From positions 75,392,001 to 75,456,000 of the forward strand of contig CM060732.1 in NCBI GenBank assembly GCA_030704615.1: a stretch of 64,000 bases of DNA. The letters run 5' to 3'. The notes beneath the pieces were generated by a model that ran no database searches, was not told the origin of the DNA, and was given only the letters and a program-made list of their open reading frames with translations. This document shows, piece by piece, positions 1-12,000 of the stretch. A program made the translations under genes and the position numbers. The stretch comes from Takakia lepidozioides. Lineage: Eukaryota > Plantae > Bryophyta. The stretch's first letter is position 1. Each line of letters starts with the position of its first letter.

Positions 1-1277
1 CATTGTCCGCTTTTGAGTATCTCCCAGGCCAGTACGCCTTCGAGCGGGTGACGATCTTGGTCTGAGGAGTCCGTGGCTCCTGCGCATCCTTGATTCCGAT
101 TTTCCCAGCTACGACGGGCACCCATGCAGAAGAATGCGCACTGCTATGCTGTTGCAGTGGAACTGCTGCCAGTGGACGTGGGTGGACTCCATCGGAGAGA
201 CTTATACTCCTGAAGGAGTGCGCTCATCTTCTCCATTGTATGGGGACAGCGCATTGGTGTGGAGGACGAAAACGTGAAGCTTTCCATATACGATGGTGGT
301 ATGATTGAAGGGCAGGACATTGTGGTGAACATCAACAGGGGCGGTACAACGGCTGCAATCGACTTTACCTGGAGAAGCCCGAAGACTCATGAGCTAGTTC
401 TGAGAGCAGTCGAAGTCCCATTGACAACGTGACTTGTATTCAGTGGCACAGGGCTAACGATTTCTTTGCACAATCACCACAGTAGACGTGCTTCAAATTC
501 AATTCATGTGGATCAATAAAAACCTCATTGTGCCCTCTTTTTATTCTATTCTGTGTCCATCGTTCCCAGAATGCGTCATTGCTCATTTCGTTTGGGATTG
601 GGAGTGTGGGAGGATTTTGCAAGTGGCTGTTAGGCTGAAATGGGCCCCCATTGTACAGAGCAGTACCACCCTACCATTCGCGAAACATTGCCATTCAATA
701 TATAATTCTAAAAAACATTGCCGAACCTCCTTCATCGGGAGGTCCTTCTCCCCCTATGACCGTGGCACCCTTAACCCTATTCCCGCGGACACATATTTCC
801 GTAAAATAGTCTGCTCATGTTTTTTTTCACACTTACGACTCTGCTCATGGCTCATGCCGCTCATGGCTCATGGCTCATGAAATAGCAGCCCCCCTTAGAT
901 CATTTTACATCCGACGATTAGAACAATCTCTACGAGCCACACAAGCCCTAAAATACATTAAAATATTCCACGTCATGAGCCATGTGGAGCACTTATAAAA
1001 ATTCCATTTTTGAATAGGATGTGCAATGAATGCCTAGTTGTTAAGAGTCGTTCTCTAGTGCTTAAAACCACTTGTAATTGTTGTTTTAAAAAAAAAACAA
1101 TTTACGTAATTGAATTAAATCGCCGTGAATATTGCGCCGACTGCGGAGTCATTGATGCAACTTCTATCCGCCATTAGAAATGCGAATTTATCCGTTATGA
1201 CTGTGCAGTAGTAACAAACATCTCAAAGTTGTTCCCTCAGTGGTTTTGGACACGCAGTCGATTCGGAAAAGACACGA

Positions 1278-1529
1278 ATGCTTCTAGTGCAAGAGCAGGA
1301 TTTTGGAGAGGAACAACAACCCCCCATACATCCGAGAACAGGTGAGAAGGAGACTGCATCCGAGGGAGAGACGGACGCCGAAGATGATATTGATGCTGGC
1401 CTCATGAAGCAGCAAACAGTGGAAAAAAAGATGGGGGAGATGCTCCAGAACATGCTCAACAAAGACAACAGTCCGAAGCGCAAAGGGTCTCCGGTGATTG
1501 GAGAGACTTTGAGTGCAACACAAAGACAG
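1278..1529 (+). pseudogene. Putative first coding exon (acidic, low complexity) of the outer ParB-like gene that continues at 19097
   Basis: ORF MLLVQEQDFGEE...ATQRQ ends at a CAG|GT donor (1530). After removing the MULE, the next acceptor is ttgcag at 19091-19096. The join is inferred. Confidence 0.5.
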
Positions 1530-1659
1530 GTACAAGTGTTGTTCACTGATACATTTTGATTTTGCTTCATGTTATGTTGGCTATGCAATCTGAGGTAAGT
1601 GCAAGAAGAAACCATTATGGGGTGCCGCACACTGTGGGTGCTGGTCTGTCATGTTGTTT

Positions 1660-2594
1660 CCGGTTTGCAGGTTCAATCTACCCCTGATTGGAAGCTCAAA
1701 CAGCGTGTGGCAACGCACACTGTTTGAGCCCCTGTTGTGCTTGTTTTTTGTTGTGAAAATCGGCCACCTTGGGCCCACTCTGGCAGGTTGTAAACACCTC
1801 TTATTGGAAGCTCAAACAGTGTGCGGCAACGCACACTGTTTGAGCCCACCTTTGTGCTTGTTTTTTTATGTCAAATTCGGCCACATAGGGCCACTCTGGT
1901 AGGTTGAATCCACCCCTGATTGGAAGCTCAAACAGTGTGCGACAACGCACACTGTTTGAGCCCCCATTTGTGCTTGTTTTTTGATGTGAAATTTGGCCAC
2001 ATAGGGCCCACACTGGCAGGTTGTAAACACCCCTTATTGGAAGCTCAAACAGTGTGTGGCAACGCACACTATTTGAGCCCACCTCTGTGCTTGTTTCTTG
2101 ATGTGAAATTTGGCCACATATGGCCACTCTGGCAGGTTGAATCCACCCCTAATTGGAAGCTCAAACAGTGTGCCGCAACACACACTGTTTGAGCCCCCTT
2201 TTTGCTGGTTTCTTTTATGTGAAATTTGGCCACCTTGGGCCCACTCTGGCAAGTTGTCAACACCCCTTATTGGAAGCTCAAAGAGTATGCGGCAACGCAC
2301 ACTGTTTGGGCCCACCTCTGGGCTTGTTTTTTGATGTTAAAATCGGCCACATGGGGCCACTCTGATAGGTTGAATCCACCCCTTATTGGAAGCTCAAACA
2401 GTGTGCGGCAACGCACACTGTTTGAGCCCCCATTTGTGCTTGTTTTTTGATGTGAAATTTGGCCACATAGGGCCACTCTGGCAGGTTGTAAACACCCCTT
2501 ATTGGAAGCTCAAACAGTGTGCGTTGCCACACACTGTTTGAGCCCACCTTTGTGCTTGTTTTTGGATGTGAAATTTGGCCACATAGGGCCACTC
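1660..2594. repeat. Tandem array of ~116-bp units, left half (8 units), each with a 16-bp-stem hairpin
   Basis: GCTCAAACAGTGTGCG-GCAA-CGCACACTGTTTGAGC (or close variants) starts at 1694, 1810, 1926, 2043, 2159, 2276, 2392 and 2508. Confidence 0.97.
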
Positions 2595-3126
2595 GAGGGA
2601 AGCAAGCGCGTGAGCGCGCTCACGCTTAGCGGACTAAGCGTGAGCATACTTCATTAAGCGTGAGCACATTTTGTAAGTGTGAGCACATTTCTTAAGCGTG
2701 AGCATAGAATGAAAGCGGAGCCTATAGCCGTGGGAAAAGCAGAACCTATTGTTGTGGGGACGACGTTTATGGTTTAGGGGGGAAACATACGCAAGACATG
2801 AATGGAAATTTGAGAGTAGTGCGAGACGAAATCCATACGGATGAAGTGGAATGGATGAATATTGGATGAATGTTGGATGAATGTAGGATGAATGAGGGAC
2901 GTCAAAATACGGATGAATATACAATGGATGAGACCAATGACTTCTGTGTTGAACGAACTCGAACGATGTTCGATGTTCACGTACCTTTTGTTCGAAACAG
3001 TATACATGTCGTATAAACAATGCCAGTAGTGAAGGTCCATGTTGTGGGGTAGGAGATGGCTTCTGAGTCAAGAAAGTGCTGCCATCAAACAGCTTGAAGC
3101 TTTTTCCATACAAAGGCGCGACTTTG

Positions 3127-5606
3127 TCATCTGTCACCGGACGTCACAGAAAACCATCCCAGGCTTTGCAAGATCATGCTCGAGAACATCTCAAACTCGT
3201 GCAGTACTATCTGCTCCAGTAGTGTCATAACATTAGCAGGCCCTATCATACATTGGTGAATGTATGTGTCTCTTTTTGGATCACAAAACATCCTCTGAAT
3301 GTACATGTAGTACAAATGTTTGCATGGCACAAATTTACCTCTCTTTCCTAGAGAACTGGAGATTGTGTTTTTGAAGTCTGGGCAAGTGCAATCTAGGAAA
3401 TTGGAAACTGTTACCTCGTATGCCCTGTTGTGAAGAACATATCCCATCGTCACCATACTATACACCTGTCCGTAGCCTGGTGGGGGAACATCGACAACGT
3501 GGTTGATCCGACACTGAAGGGTTTTCGCTGATTCAATCTTGCACTCGTGCTCTACACCTGCCTCAACCCACCGGACCACCTTTCCGTTTCTTTTCGTAGG
3601 CCAGTCGTTGCCAAGTGGAGGGCGCGCAGGAAACGAGGAAGGGAAATCATCCGAAGAATTAACTGTCATGACAGTTGGTCCTCTTGGCAGCCGAAATCCT
3701 GCATCCTCCATCATGTCAATTTCCTGTGTAGATAGTGTAGTTCCCATCTTAACTGGCCAAACATTTGGGATTTGAGGTTTTCTTATCACCGAATCACGGA
3801 CAGTTCCCATCACGCAACGTTTCATGTCATCGGGACAAAACCAAAACTTGTGAGGCCTGGCCTCCCGCGCACTATAATGCTTGAACAACCCTGTGAAAGT
3901 TGGGGCTGGAGTCCCTGCTGGGGCTCTACAAATCATAGATGTGCACTTCACAAAGGACGTTGCCCTGATAGCGGAACATTTCACCTTTGAGCCTTGTGGA
4001 GTTTGTTCTATGTGCCACAGCGCGTCTGCACATTCAGACTCCTGGATGGGCAGCAGGTTTGCCCCTTCCTCCCGTATAGTTGTAGTTGTCGACTCCGTGA
4101 ACTCTTTCAAGGAAGATTCACCCACAAAGGATGTTGCGTGCACAAAAGTGGGTGGCACGGGCACACATGGCACCAAAAAGTTATCCCTATCATGTCGATG
4201 TGAATCACCGTCCGATCCCGGAGGGGTATCCAGTTTGCGCTTGCATGAACTGAATCTCTCCTCACATTCCAGATGAGGAGGTCTGGATTGCAAAGGTGTT
4301 CCCACTGTGCATTTGTTTACAACCTTTGCCATTCTAACAGGATTCTTGCATCTGTTTGCAGCCCTCAATTGCAACTCCGCCATGTCTGGCCCCTTACCAG
4401 AACCGCGTCCACGAAGGAAATCCCGGTACCGTGTTTGTTGCGAAAGCGCTCGGACCATGTTATCCGAAGTGACAACGTACAGGTCCCGTCCGTTCTTGCC
4501 GGATTGCGCATTCTACACATTATGCGTAGTCTCGGATAGATTACAAGATGGCATATCCTCCTCATGACTCTCACAAGGGACTTCCACATCAGGATTTGAG
4601 ACTCAGTGTCTTCGGATTGCATGTCACACACTGCAATTGTCATAACTCTTTGGTAAGATGGATCGTACACATGGGCAGCCATGGTTGTCCAGCCCTTCAC
4701 ACGTTTCACATGATCAAACATGAGCCAGGATTTCTGGAGATCGCCACCGGGCTGCATTCTGCGGACCAAGCTAACTCCACTTCCCTCCGCAACTGTGGAC
4801 ATCTTGAATAAGAACACTTTCAACGAGCCCTGACCAGGAAAGACATTATCTTGAATGAAGTCGTACATGCTTCTCCGCTTCAATTCCAGGATGCTATCCA
4901 CATAACTGTGCTCCTTGTCCCCATTCTGAGTGCGTTGATCTGGTTGTGTACATTGGGTGAACTAAGGGTCGAGAAATAGTCCATAACGACGTCCAATTTT
5001 TTCGCTGTCAAGTTTCTCAATGTTCTCTTCCGCTCCTCCTAGAATGTGTTTTTGCAAGAAGCTCTTGCTTGCAGAAAGTGCAATTGCAGATGGCGGTGCA
5101 TAAGCGGCATTCTCCACCTCACGCCGTAGAAGTCCCCGAATTGTTTCAAGACTTTCTCGACAATCCCCTTTCGATACGGGGTGGGTATGATTGCCGAGAT
5201 GAACACAAGCTCGGGTAAGGCCGCGAAAACGATGGAGCACATAGTACATGCGGGCCTTGCATGTGCCAATGCATGTTGGAGCCATTTTGCAATATTTGCA
5301 GAGCAACGTCGTGTTTTTAGGAGGTGGGCACCCAACCTCGAATGGGTTATCCGCGCAACGTCTCGTTTGGGGAGCCTCTCAATGCTTGACAGTTGCAGGC
5401 TTCATTTCCACAATGTAGGTGCCCAACACAGATTGATCTACGGAAAGACAAGCCATGAGGGTTATGTATGTTGGTTGTCTTAGTTCGACACCAAGGGTGT
5501 CCGTCGTGCTTCTTGTCCATCCCTTGCATGAGTCCCCCCAAACCTCCACAGGACGTCGGAGGTGGCAGCTCAAAAACCACATCTCCATCAAATTCTGCGG
5601 GAAGGT
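3127..5606 (-). pseudogene. MULE-type transposase remnant: GCM/WRKY-like Zn DNA-binding region, MULE core fragment and C-terminal SWIM finger
   Basis: Fragments FDGDVVFELPP..HPWCRTKTTNI..FRRSICVGHLHC, CKYC..C..C..ACVHLGNHTHP, WLMFDHVKRVKGWTTMAAHVYD..CDMQSED and YEVTVSNFLDCTCPDF..PCKHLYY, split across frames by frameshifts and stops. Confidence 0.75.
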
Positions 5607-5849
5607 GCCCCATGGTGAGTCTTATGCCACCCCCACTAAATCCCACTAAGCTACCACCACCCCTTGTGGAGCCACCCCCACCGCAACCCGGTGTGCGGGG
5701 CTCCACCGAGTGAGCGCCTTCGCCTCCTTGAGTGCCTTGGGCACTCAAGGGTGCTTCAGCCCCCCGTACCTATTGCTGCCACCGCCCCCACCACATGGGC
5801 AGCCCCTCTGCGTCCCGACCCCCTGCCCTCAAGGCAAAGGGCCGCGACA
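5607..5849 (-). repeat. First ~240 bp of the 5' LTR of the gypsy element, displaced and inverted
   Basis: Near-identical to 14408-14654. On the minus strand it starts TGTCGCGGCC and is flanked by agttc (5850-5854). Confidence 0.93.
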
Positions 5850-7295
5850 AGTTCACCTTCTGTCCCCCGATAACAGCCTCTGCTCTGTCTGCGTAATGCT
5901 CGTCATCGCCTTCTTCATCATCTACATACTCTACCTCTGCTCCGTCTCTGGCCGGTTCTTTCCTTTTCCTTTTCCTCTGTAAAAAAACGGAAGATCTATA
6001 TGTCATGAAGTCTGGTATTGAATACAATTACAGATAAACATGCAGTTGCACGGCCCAAAACAGCCATGCTACAAATCGAAATGACCCTTCATTTGGAGCC
6101 CAAATCAACCTTGCGTTGACGCAATGTTGTTTGTGGGGCTTGCAACAATGGGAATGGAGTCTAATACAAACTTCGCCAGGACTCAGGACACATGACACAG
6201 AACTGCAGCCCAAATCAACCTTGCGTTGACGCAAGGTTGTTTCTAAGGCATGCACCCAAGGGATTGAAGGAAAAAACCGACATTGGCAAGACTCTCAAAC
6301 TACCTTGCGTCAATGCAACTTTGTTTGATGAGCTTTAGCAGTTCTAAAAAACCCTGCAGAATGACACTGGACTGCAGCCCAAATCAACCTTGCGTTGACG
6401 CAAGGTTGTTTTTGGGGCTGGCAATTTTGGGAGTGAAGGCAAAAGGAGACATTGGTTGTACTCTCAAACAACCTTGCGTCAACGCAAGGTTGTTTGGTGA
6501 GCTTGAATCGTTCAAAAAAACCCTTCAGAAGGTTGATTGTGGGATTTGCAACGGTGGGATCACAAATAGTGAATGGGAAAAACAAACATAGACAATACAC
6601 TCCGAACAACCTTGCGTTGATGCAAGGTTGTTCTGTGAGATTCAAACTTCAAAAGAAAGGAGAACCAGGCCACTCAATTTGGGTCGAAATCAATCATTCA
6701 AAGGACAATGTTCGTTTTGGATGTCTGTGTCTGTCACCTGAATCAACCTTGCGTTGACGCAAGGTTGATTGGGGTTTTCTTAAAAGAAACATCTTCTTGT
6801 CCATCAGTCAATATTCGGGCATTCCAGCTACCAGCAAATCAACCTTGCGTTGACTCAAGGTTGATTGCGATCTATCACACAGACTGCAAACTCTTTTGTG
6901 GCAAATGGAATGTCACACATACCTCGGCTTGCTTCTTCGGACCACTTGAAGACATACCTCCCGTCTGGCTCGTCTCCTTCAATTCATGTGGGAGGACAGG
7001 TCCCAGAAGATCAGGCTGGTGGGTGACAAAACCACGCACTTCAAGCTCCGGTGTCTCTTCCATTAGGCGAACTACCTGGGACTGTAGGGTTGCCAAACTA
7101 CAGAAGTGATGTGCGTGGAATTGCATGGGGGACAATAAATATTGTAAGAGCAAACTTCTGTCGAAGAACCAGATTTGCAGGAGATAGGCAGTGTCGTTCC
7201 AAAGTGGCTAAACCCTCTGGAGATGGCCGCGCAGTTGCTCCTCCGGCCTCTCCCTCTCTAGCCTCTGCCTCCCCCTCTCCCCCGGCTTCTCCCAC
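5850..7295 (-). pseudogene. 5' exons of the inner ParB-like/MTase-like gene (inverted relative to its 3' part)
   Basis: Exon 5976-5850 encodes RKRKRKEP..DDEEGDDEHYADRAEAVIGGQKVN, matching DDEFYENKAAEMLGGQKVN of the paralogue at ~19160-19220. There is a GT donor at 6922 and a ttttacag acceptor ending at 5977. Confidence 0.7.
6101..6868. repeat. Array of 8 palindromes (~30-33 bp) with variable, partly diverged spacers
   Basis: CAAA(T)CAACCTTGCGTTGACGCAAGGTTG(A)TTTG variants at 6101, 6211, 6296, 6380, 6465, 6604, 6740 and 6835. Confidence 0.95.
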
Positions 7296-7865
7296 CCCAA
7301 CATGAGTTCCCTTCGGATCTTCTTCATTCTCTCCTTTGCTCGCAAGCTTTGTTTGCTGGATGTGAAGTACAGAGTCCGGCGGCGCCTTCTTCTGGCTCGA
7401 GAGAGAGTCTCACTATCGACAGGATCCAGGATTGCAGCTAGGGAGGGAAAAAGTGTTGCGAGAAAGAGGGAGTTCACTTGCCTCTCCCCCGCCCCTACAG
7501 CGCCAAGATGCCAGCTTCATGGCGAAGCGGCGGGGTTGCGTGGAGCATCTGCATGCAAGACAAGTCGTCTCTGAATGGTCAATAGTCGCACTAAAATAAG
7601 GTTGTTTTAAAACAGACGTACGTGCCTAGGGGAATTTTTGGTTGTCACTTCGGTGGTGGTGTCTTCTCCACGTCCTCTGCTCATTCAAAACAAATAAAGG
7701 AAAACAAGTAGAACAATTTCATCCTAACTGCTTTTCATCTTCAATTATGACACATCACATCTTAAGATAGAATGAACGGATGGCTGGACAGCTGGTGTCT
7801 GAAAAAAACCGTTGGATACAGGCAGTTAATGATTACATAGGATACTTGTCAGATGGGTAATGCGG

Positions 7866-8504
7866 ATGGATGAGGATAGATGGCCTAGTGCAAAGTGGAA
7901 TGAAACCGCTCATCCAGCTAGTCGTGCATTGGCAGTGACGTTCCAGTATGGGCGCTTTGATCATGTTGTTTGATGCTATCCCCAGACGTACGGCACGTTG
8001 TTCCAGTGCTGGCACACTTTGTTGGACATTGCTCCCGTACTCTTTTCTGCTTTACAAATGGCTCTCATAGGAGAGTTGGTAAAATTCTACTGTCCTTACA
8101 AATCGCTCCCCCTCACCAAAGTGCCAGACGCCAATGGGATGGCAACCGTGGGAGAGGATGTCATCTATAGAAGCTTGGATCTGCAAGTTGGAATTGTGCA
8201 TGTGGAGAAAAAAGTGCACGACTCCGACGGTAGGGTCGACAGTATGATGATTCAGGAGCCATTTGTATGCGATGACCGTATTAGACAATGGAGAGTTCCA
8301 GCAGGCACTTACCCGTGCACGGGGATCAGCGACGTTTGTCTGCAGGTTCTACACTCACACCAGGAACTGCCGCTTTGGTAGCTCCGACCTTCACATCTAC
8401 TACAATAAAAAAAAAAGGACACCAGCACATCAACGGCTTTTGTCGAACTCTCGGAAAGCTCCGGTGACGACGACATCTCTTAGATTCCACCACCTCCAAC
8501 ACAT
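7866..8504 (+). pseudogene. Probable 5' part of the MULE transposase, displaced by inversion
   Basis: Interrupted ORF MDEDRWPSAKW..VKFYCPYKSLPL... Undoing the 5607-8504 inversion places it directly upstream of and co-oriented with the transposase. No recognisable domain. Confidence 0.4.
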
Positions 8505-8982
8505 CTTGTGGTGGGAGTCGTGGGGAGTCTTGGGACTCATCACGGTCCAATGGGGCCGTGGTGGGTGGGCCAAGACTCACCGCGACTCATCATCGGGAAT
8601 CGAGGGTCTTCGTGGTGGTTCGCCATAAAAGGATGGTGTTGTTTGTGGAACCCCCCCCCGGACAGTCACAGAAGTATGTATAGGGAGTAGTAACCCCGAG
8701 AACGGTGCAAGCCCGTTGGTGACCAAAAACTAATGAGTAAGCGAGCGAGCCGGAAAGCGACCAAGGAGTGGGGATCTATTCCGGACTACCATCTACCAAA
8801 GGGAATTTCCACTAGGCCAAAATTGGTGGAGGGTTTCTTGGAAAAGTAATGGGGGACCGTTATGTCCCGGTGAGCAGCCGAAGCTCCGAGTTGGCCCGGC
8901 GGCAAGGTTGGGAGTTAGGCGCGCGCATCAAAGCGAGTAACTATGACTTGAAGGGGAACTTACCGAAGTGAGGTGCGCGACA
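8505..8982 (+). repeat. Remaining ~480 bp of the 5' LTR
   Basis: Reverse complement of 13926-14401. It ends in GTGCGCGACA immediately before the PBS. Confidence 0.95.
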
Positions 8983-8984
8983 CT

Positions 8985-8996
8985 TGGTATCAGAGC
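8985..8996 (+). promoter_or_regulatory. Primer-binding site (tRNA-iMet)
   Basis: TGGTATCAGAGC two bases after the LTR end. Confidence 0.93.
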
Positions 8997-9038
8997 TTAG
9001 AGTTCAATATGCGATCATCCTTGGGATCGGCCTCATCA

Positions 9039-12000
9039 TGGGGTTGGGCAAGCCAAAGCGAAAGCGGAACGGCTCGAAAGATGATGATCCTGGTGAGCCC
9101 GATGGGGCGACGTGTCACCGAAGCGGCCATTTGAGGAAGCGATGCATGCTTTTGAAAATGAGGCCGCTCAAGAACGGGAGGAATTTGAGGAGTCGGAGCT
9201 CAAGGAATTCCTGAGAGCTCCGACAAACCAACAGATGCCTCCCATGCCAGCAGCCTTTTGGGAAGGGTTGTTGGCGCAATTTGGCGGGACGTTGAAAGAC
9301 GTGTTGCAGGCGGCTAATGCCACTTCTACTAAGGAAAAGTTTAAGGTGAAGCCTAAGGAACCCGACACCTTCGAGGGCATCCAAAATCGGAAGGCACTCA
9401 ACACCTGGCTCTTGGAGCTAGAGCAGTACTTCCAGGCGGTCAAGTTGAGTGACGAGGATCGGGTGGAAGTGGCTCCCACTTATTTGAGGGGCTATGCTCA
9501 ACAATGGTGGCAGAAACGCCTTCACAACCAAGGCCCAAACCCGGAAACCTTGAACTGGAGTGGGTTCAAGGAACTTATGAACAGACAGTTTGTGCCTCTC
9601 AACGCATCCTGGCTCGCCCGGGACAAGATGAGGAATTTGAAGCAAACGGATGACATTTGGGGATATGTTCAGGCTTTCAATGTGTTGTTGCTCGAAGTCG
9701 CGGACATGGCAGAACCAGAAATGGCCTTCAACTTTGTGGCGGGACAAGCCCCATGGGCAAGGCGGAAGTTGGAGGAGAAGCCACCAAAGACTTTGAACGA
9801 GGCAATTGAGAGGGCTGAATGTTTCTCGGATGTCCCTAGGGGCAAAAGACAAGGCTGTACGGAGCTGAACCACAAGAAGACCCGGCGGGAGGGTGACTCC
9901 TTCCGACCAGAAAAGAAGTGGGATAGGCCACGTGGCGACAATGGCACATGGAAATTGAAGGGAGGGCCCTCACACATCAAGATGGCACCCGGTGCCCCTA
10001 AGAGAAAACCAGGTGGCGGCTTATGGCGGACAGAAGACAATCTTCGATGGAGTGTGCTTTAATTGCGGGGAACCCGGGCACATGACAAAGAAGTGTACGA
10101 ATCCCCGACAATTGAACATGACTCGGGCAACCACGGAGTTGTCCAAAAGCTTCCATCAGCCGCTTGGTGGAGGCGGTGGTCGCCAAGACTTGCAAGGTAG
10201 GCAACTACTCTTGTGAGTTGTATCAAGAAATTGGCGCCTTGTGTAAAGGGAGTCAGTTAATGTTTGTGAGTGGAATAATCTCCGGAACTATCGTGTCGTT
10301 GTTGGTGGACACAGGAGCATCGCACTTCTTCATGACACCGGCAACGGCACGGAAGCTGGGACTCTCGACAAGTAAGGTGGGGGCCTCTATTGAGGTGCGT
10401 TCTGCTAAAGGAGAACCACAATTGGCGACGAGGTTGGCGTTCGATGTTCCTCTTCAACTCGGGAGTTGAGAGGGACGTGAGAACTTCACCATTTGCGAGA
10501 TCGATGGAGTGGATCTCATTTTGGGGATGACCTTTTTGAGCAGTTCCGGAGCAGTCATATGGCCGCAAGCGAAGTTTTACGAGTGTCGGAAACGCCCAAC
10601 CCCGTGGGAGGGCGAATAAACCTGCTGTCAGCAAGGGAGTGGGCCGTGGAGGAGTCACACAAGCCCCAGTTTTTGCTTTATGTAAGACAAGTGAAGGGAG
10701 AAGGCGATGGGGAGCCGAGCCCAGATTGGATCAAGGGGATTTTGGAGAAATACCAAGATGTGATGCCGGAGGATTTACCAAGCGGCTTGCCACCGCGAAG
10801 GGGAGTTGACCACAAGATTGAGGTGATACCGGGATCGGAGCCGCCTGCCAAGGCGGCCTACCGGTTGAGCCACAGAGAGTTGGTCGAGCTGAAGACTCAG
10901 CTCAAGGATCTAATGTCAAAGGGGTATATCCGGCCGAGTAAGTCACCTTATGGAGCCCCGGTGCTATTCGCAGACAAGAAAGATGGGACGCTGCGGATGT
11001 GCGTTGATTACAGGGCTCTGAATAAGGTGACTATCAAGAACCGGTACCATTTGCCAAGAATCGACGACCTCTTCAATCGGTTGGCAGGAGCGAAGTATTT
11101 CAGCCAGATCGATTTGCGCTCCGGCTACCATCAAATCCGAGTGGTGGAAGGAGATGAGGAGAAAACCACGTGCAGGACAAGATATGGTTCGTATGAGTTC
11201 TTGGTGATGCCTTTTGGCCTCATCAACGCACCCGCGACCTTTAGCACGCTAATGAACAGCCTTTTCCACGAGTGGCTGGATGACTTGATCGTGTACATCG
11301 ACGACATCTTCGTGTACATCGACGACATCTTGGTGTACTCGAAAACAAAGGAAGAGCACCTGGAGCACCTGAAAAGGTTTTCCAGAAATTGTGGAAAGGG
11401 AAGCTGTATGCCAAAGCTTCAAAGTGCGAATTCGGGGTCACAAAAATGGAGTTCCTAGGGCATGTGATTACACAGGATGGGATCAAAATGGATGACAGAA
11501 AGCTGAAGGCGATCTTGGACTGGGCACCTCCGACTTTGGTCCCGGGAGTGCGATCCTTCCTAGGACTCGCCTCCTATTACTGAAAGTATGTGAGAAATTT
11601 CGCCAAGATCGCGGGGCCGCTGTCAGACCTTCTGTATAAATCCAAGGTTTGGGTATGGAACATCTTTTGTGACCAAGCTTTTGCCGAGTTGAAGCAGCGG
11701 ATGGCGGAAGCTCCAGTCTTGAAAATCCCGAAGTTCGACAGCCCGTTTGAGATTCATACAGATGCGTCGGACTTCTCAATTGGGGATGTACTTATGCAAG
11801 ATGGACGTCCAGTGGCTTACGAAAGTAAGAACTGAATGAAGTGGAGCGACGGTGGCCGACGCACGAGAAAGAGATGAAGGCGGTGGTGCATTGCCTTGAG
11901 CTTTGGCGCCACTATGTTGGTTCCAACCCGGTGAAGGTATTCACAGACAATGTCATGGTGAAGTATTTTGCCACGCAACCTAAGTTGTCCCCAAAACAAC

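Noticed and set aside
1581-2592. Many short repetitive ORFs here and at 18078-19080 and 6283-6757
   Set aside because: Translation by-products of the palindromic arrays on both strands.
6101-6868. True CRISPR array
   Set aside because: Eukaryotic intron, no cas genes, spacer lengths vary widely and two spacer pairs are related by tandem duplication.
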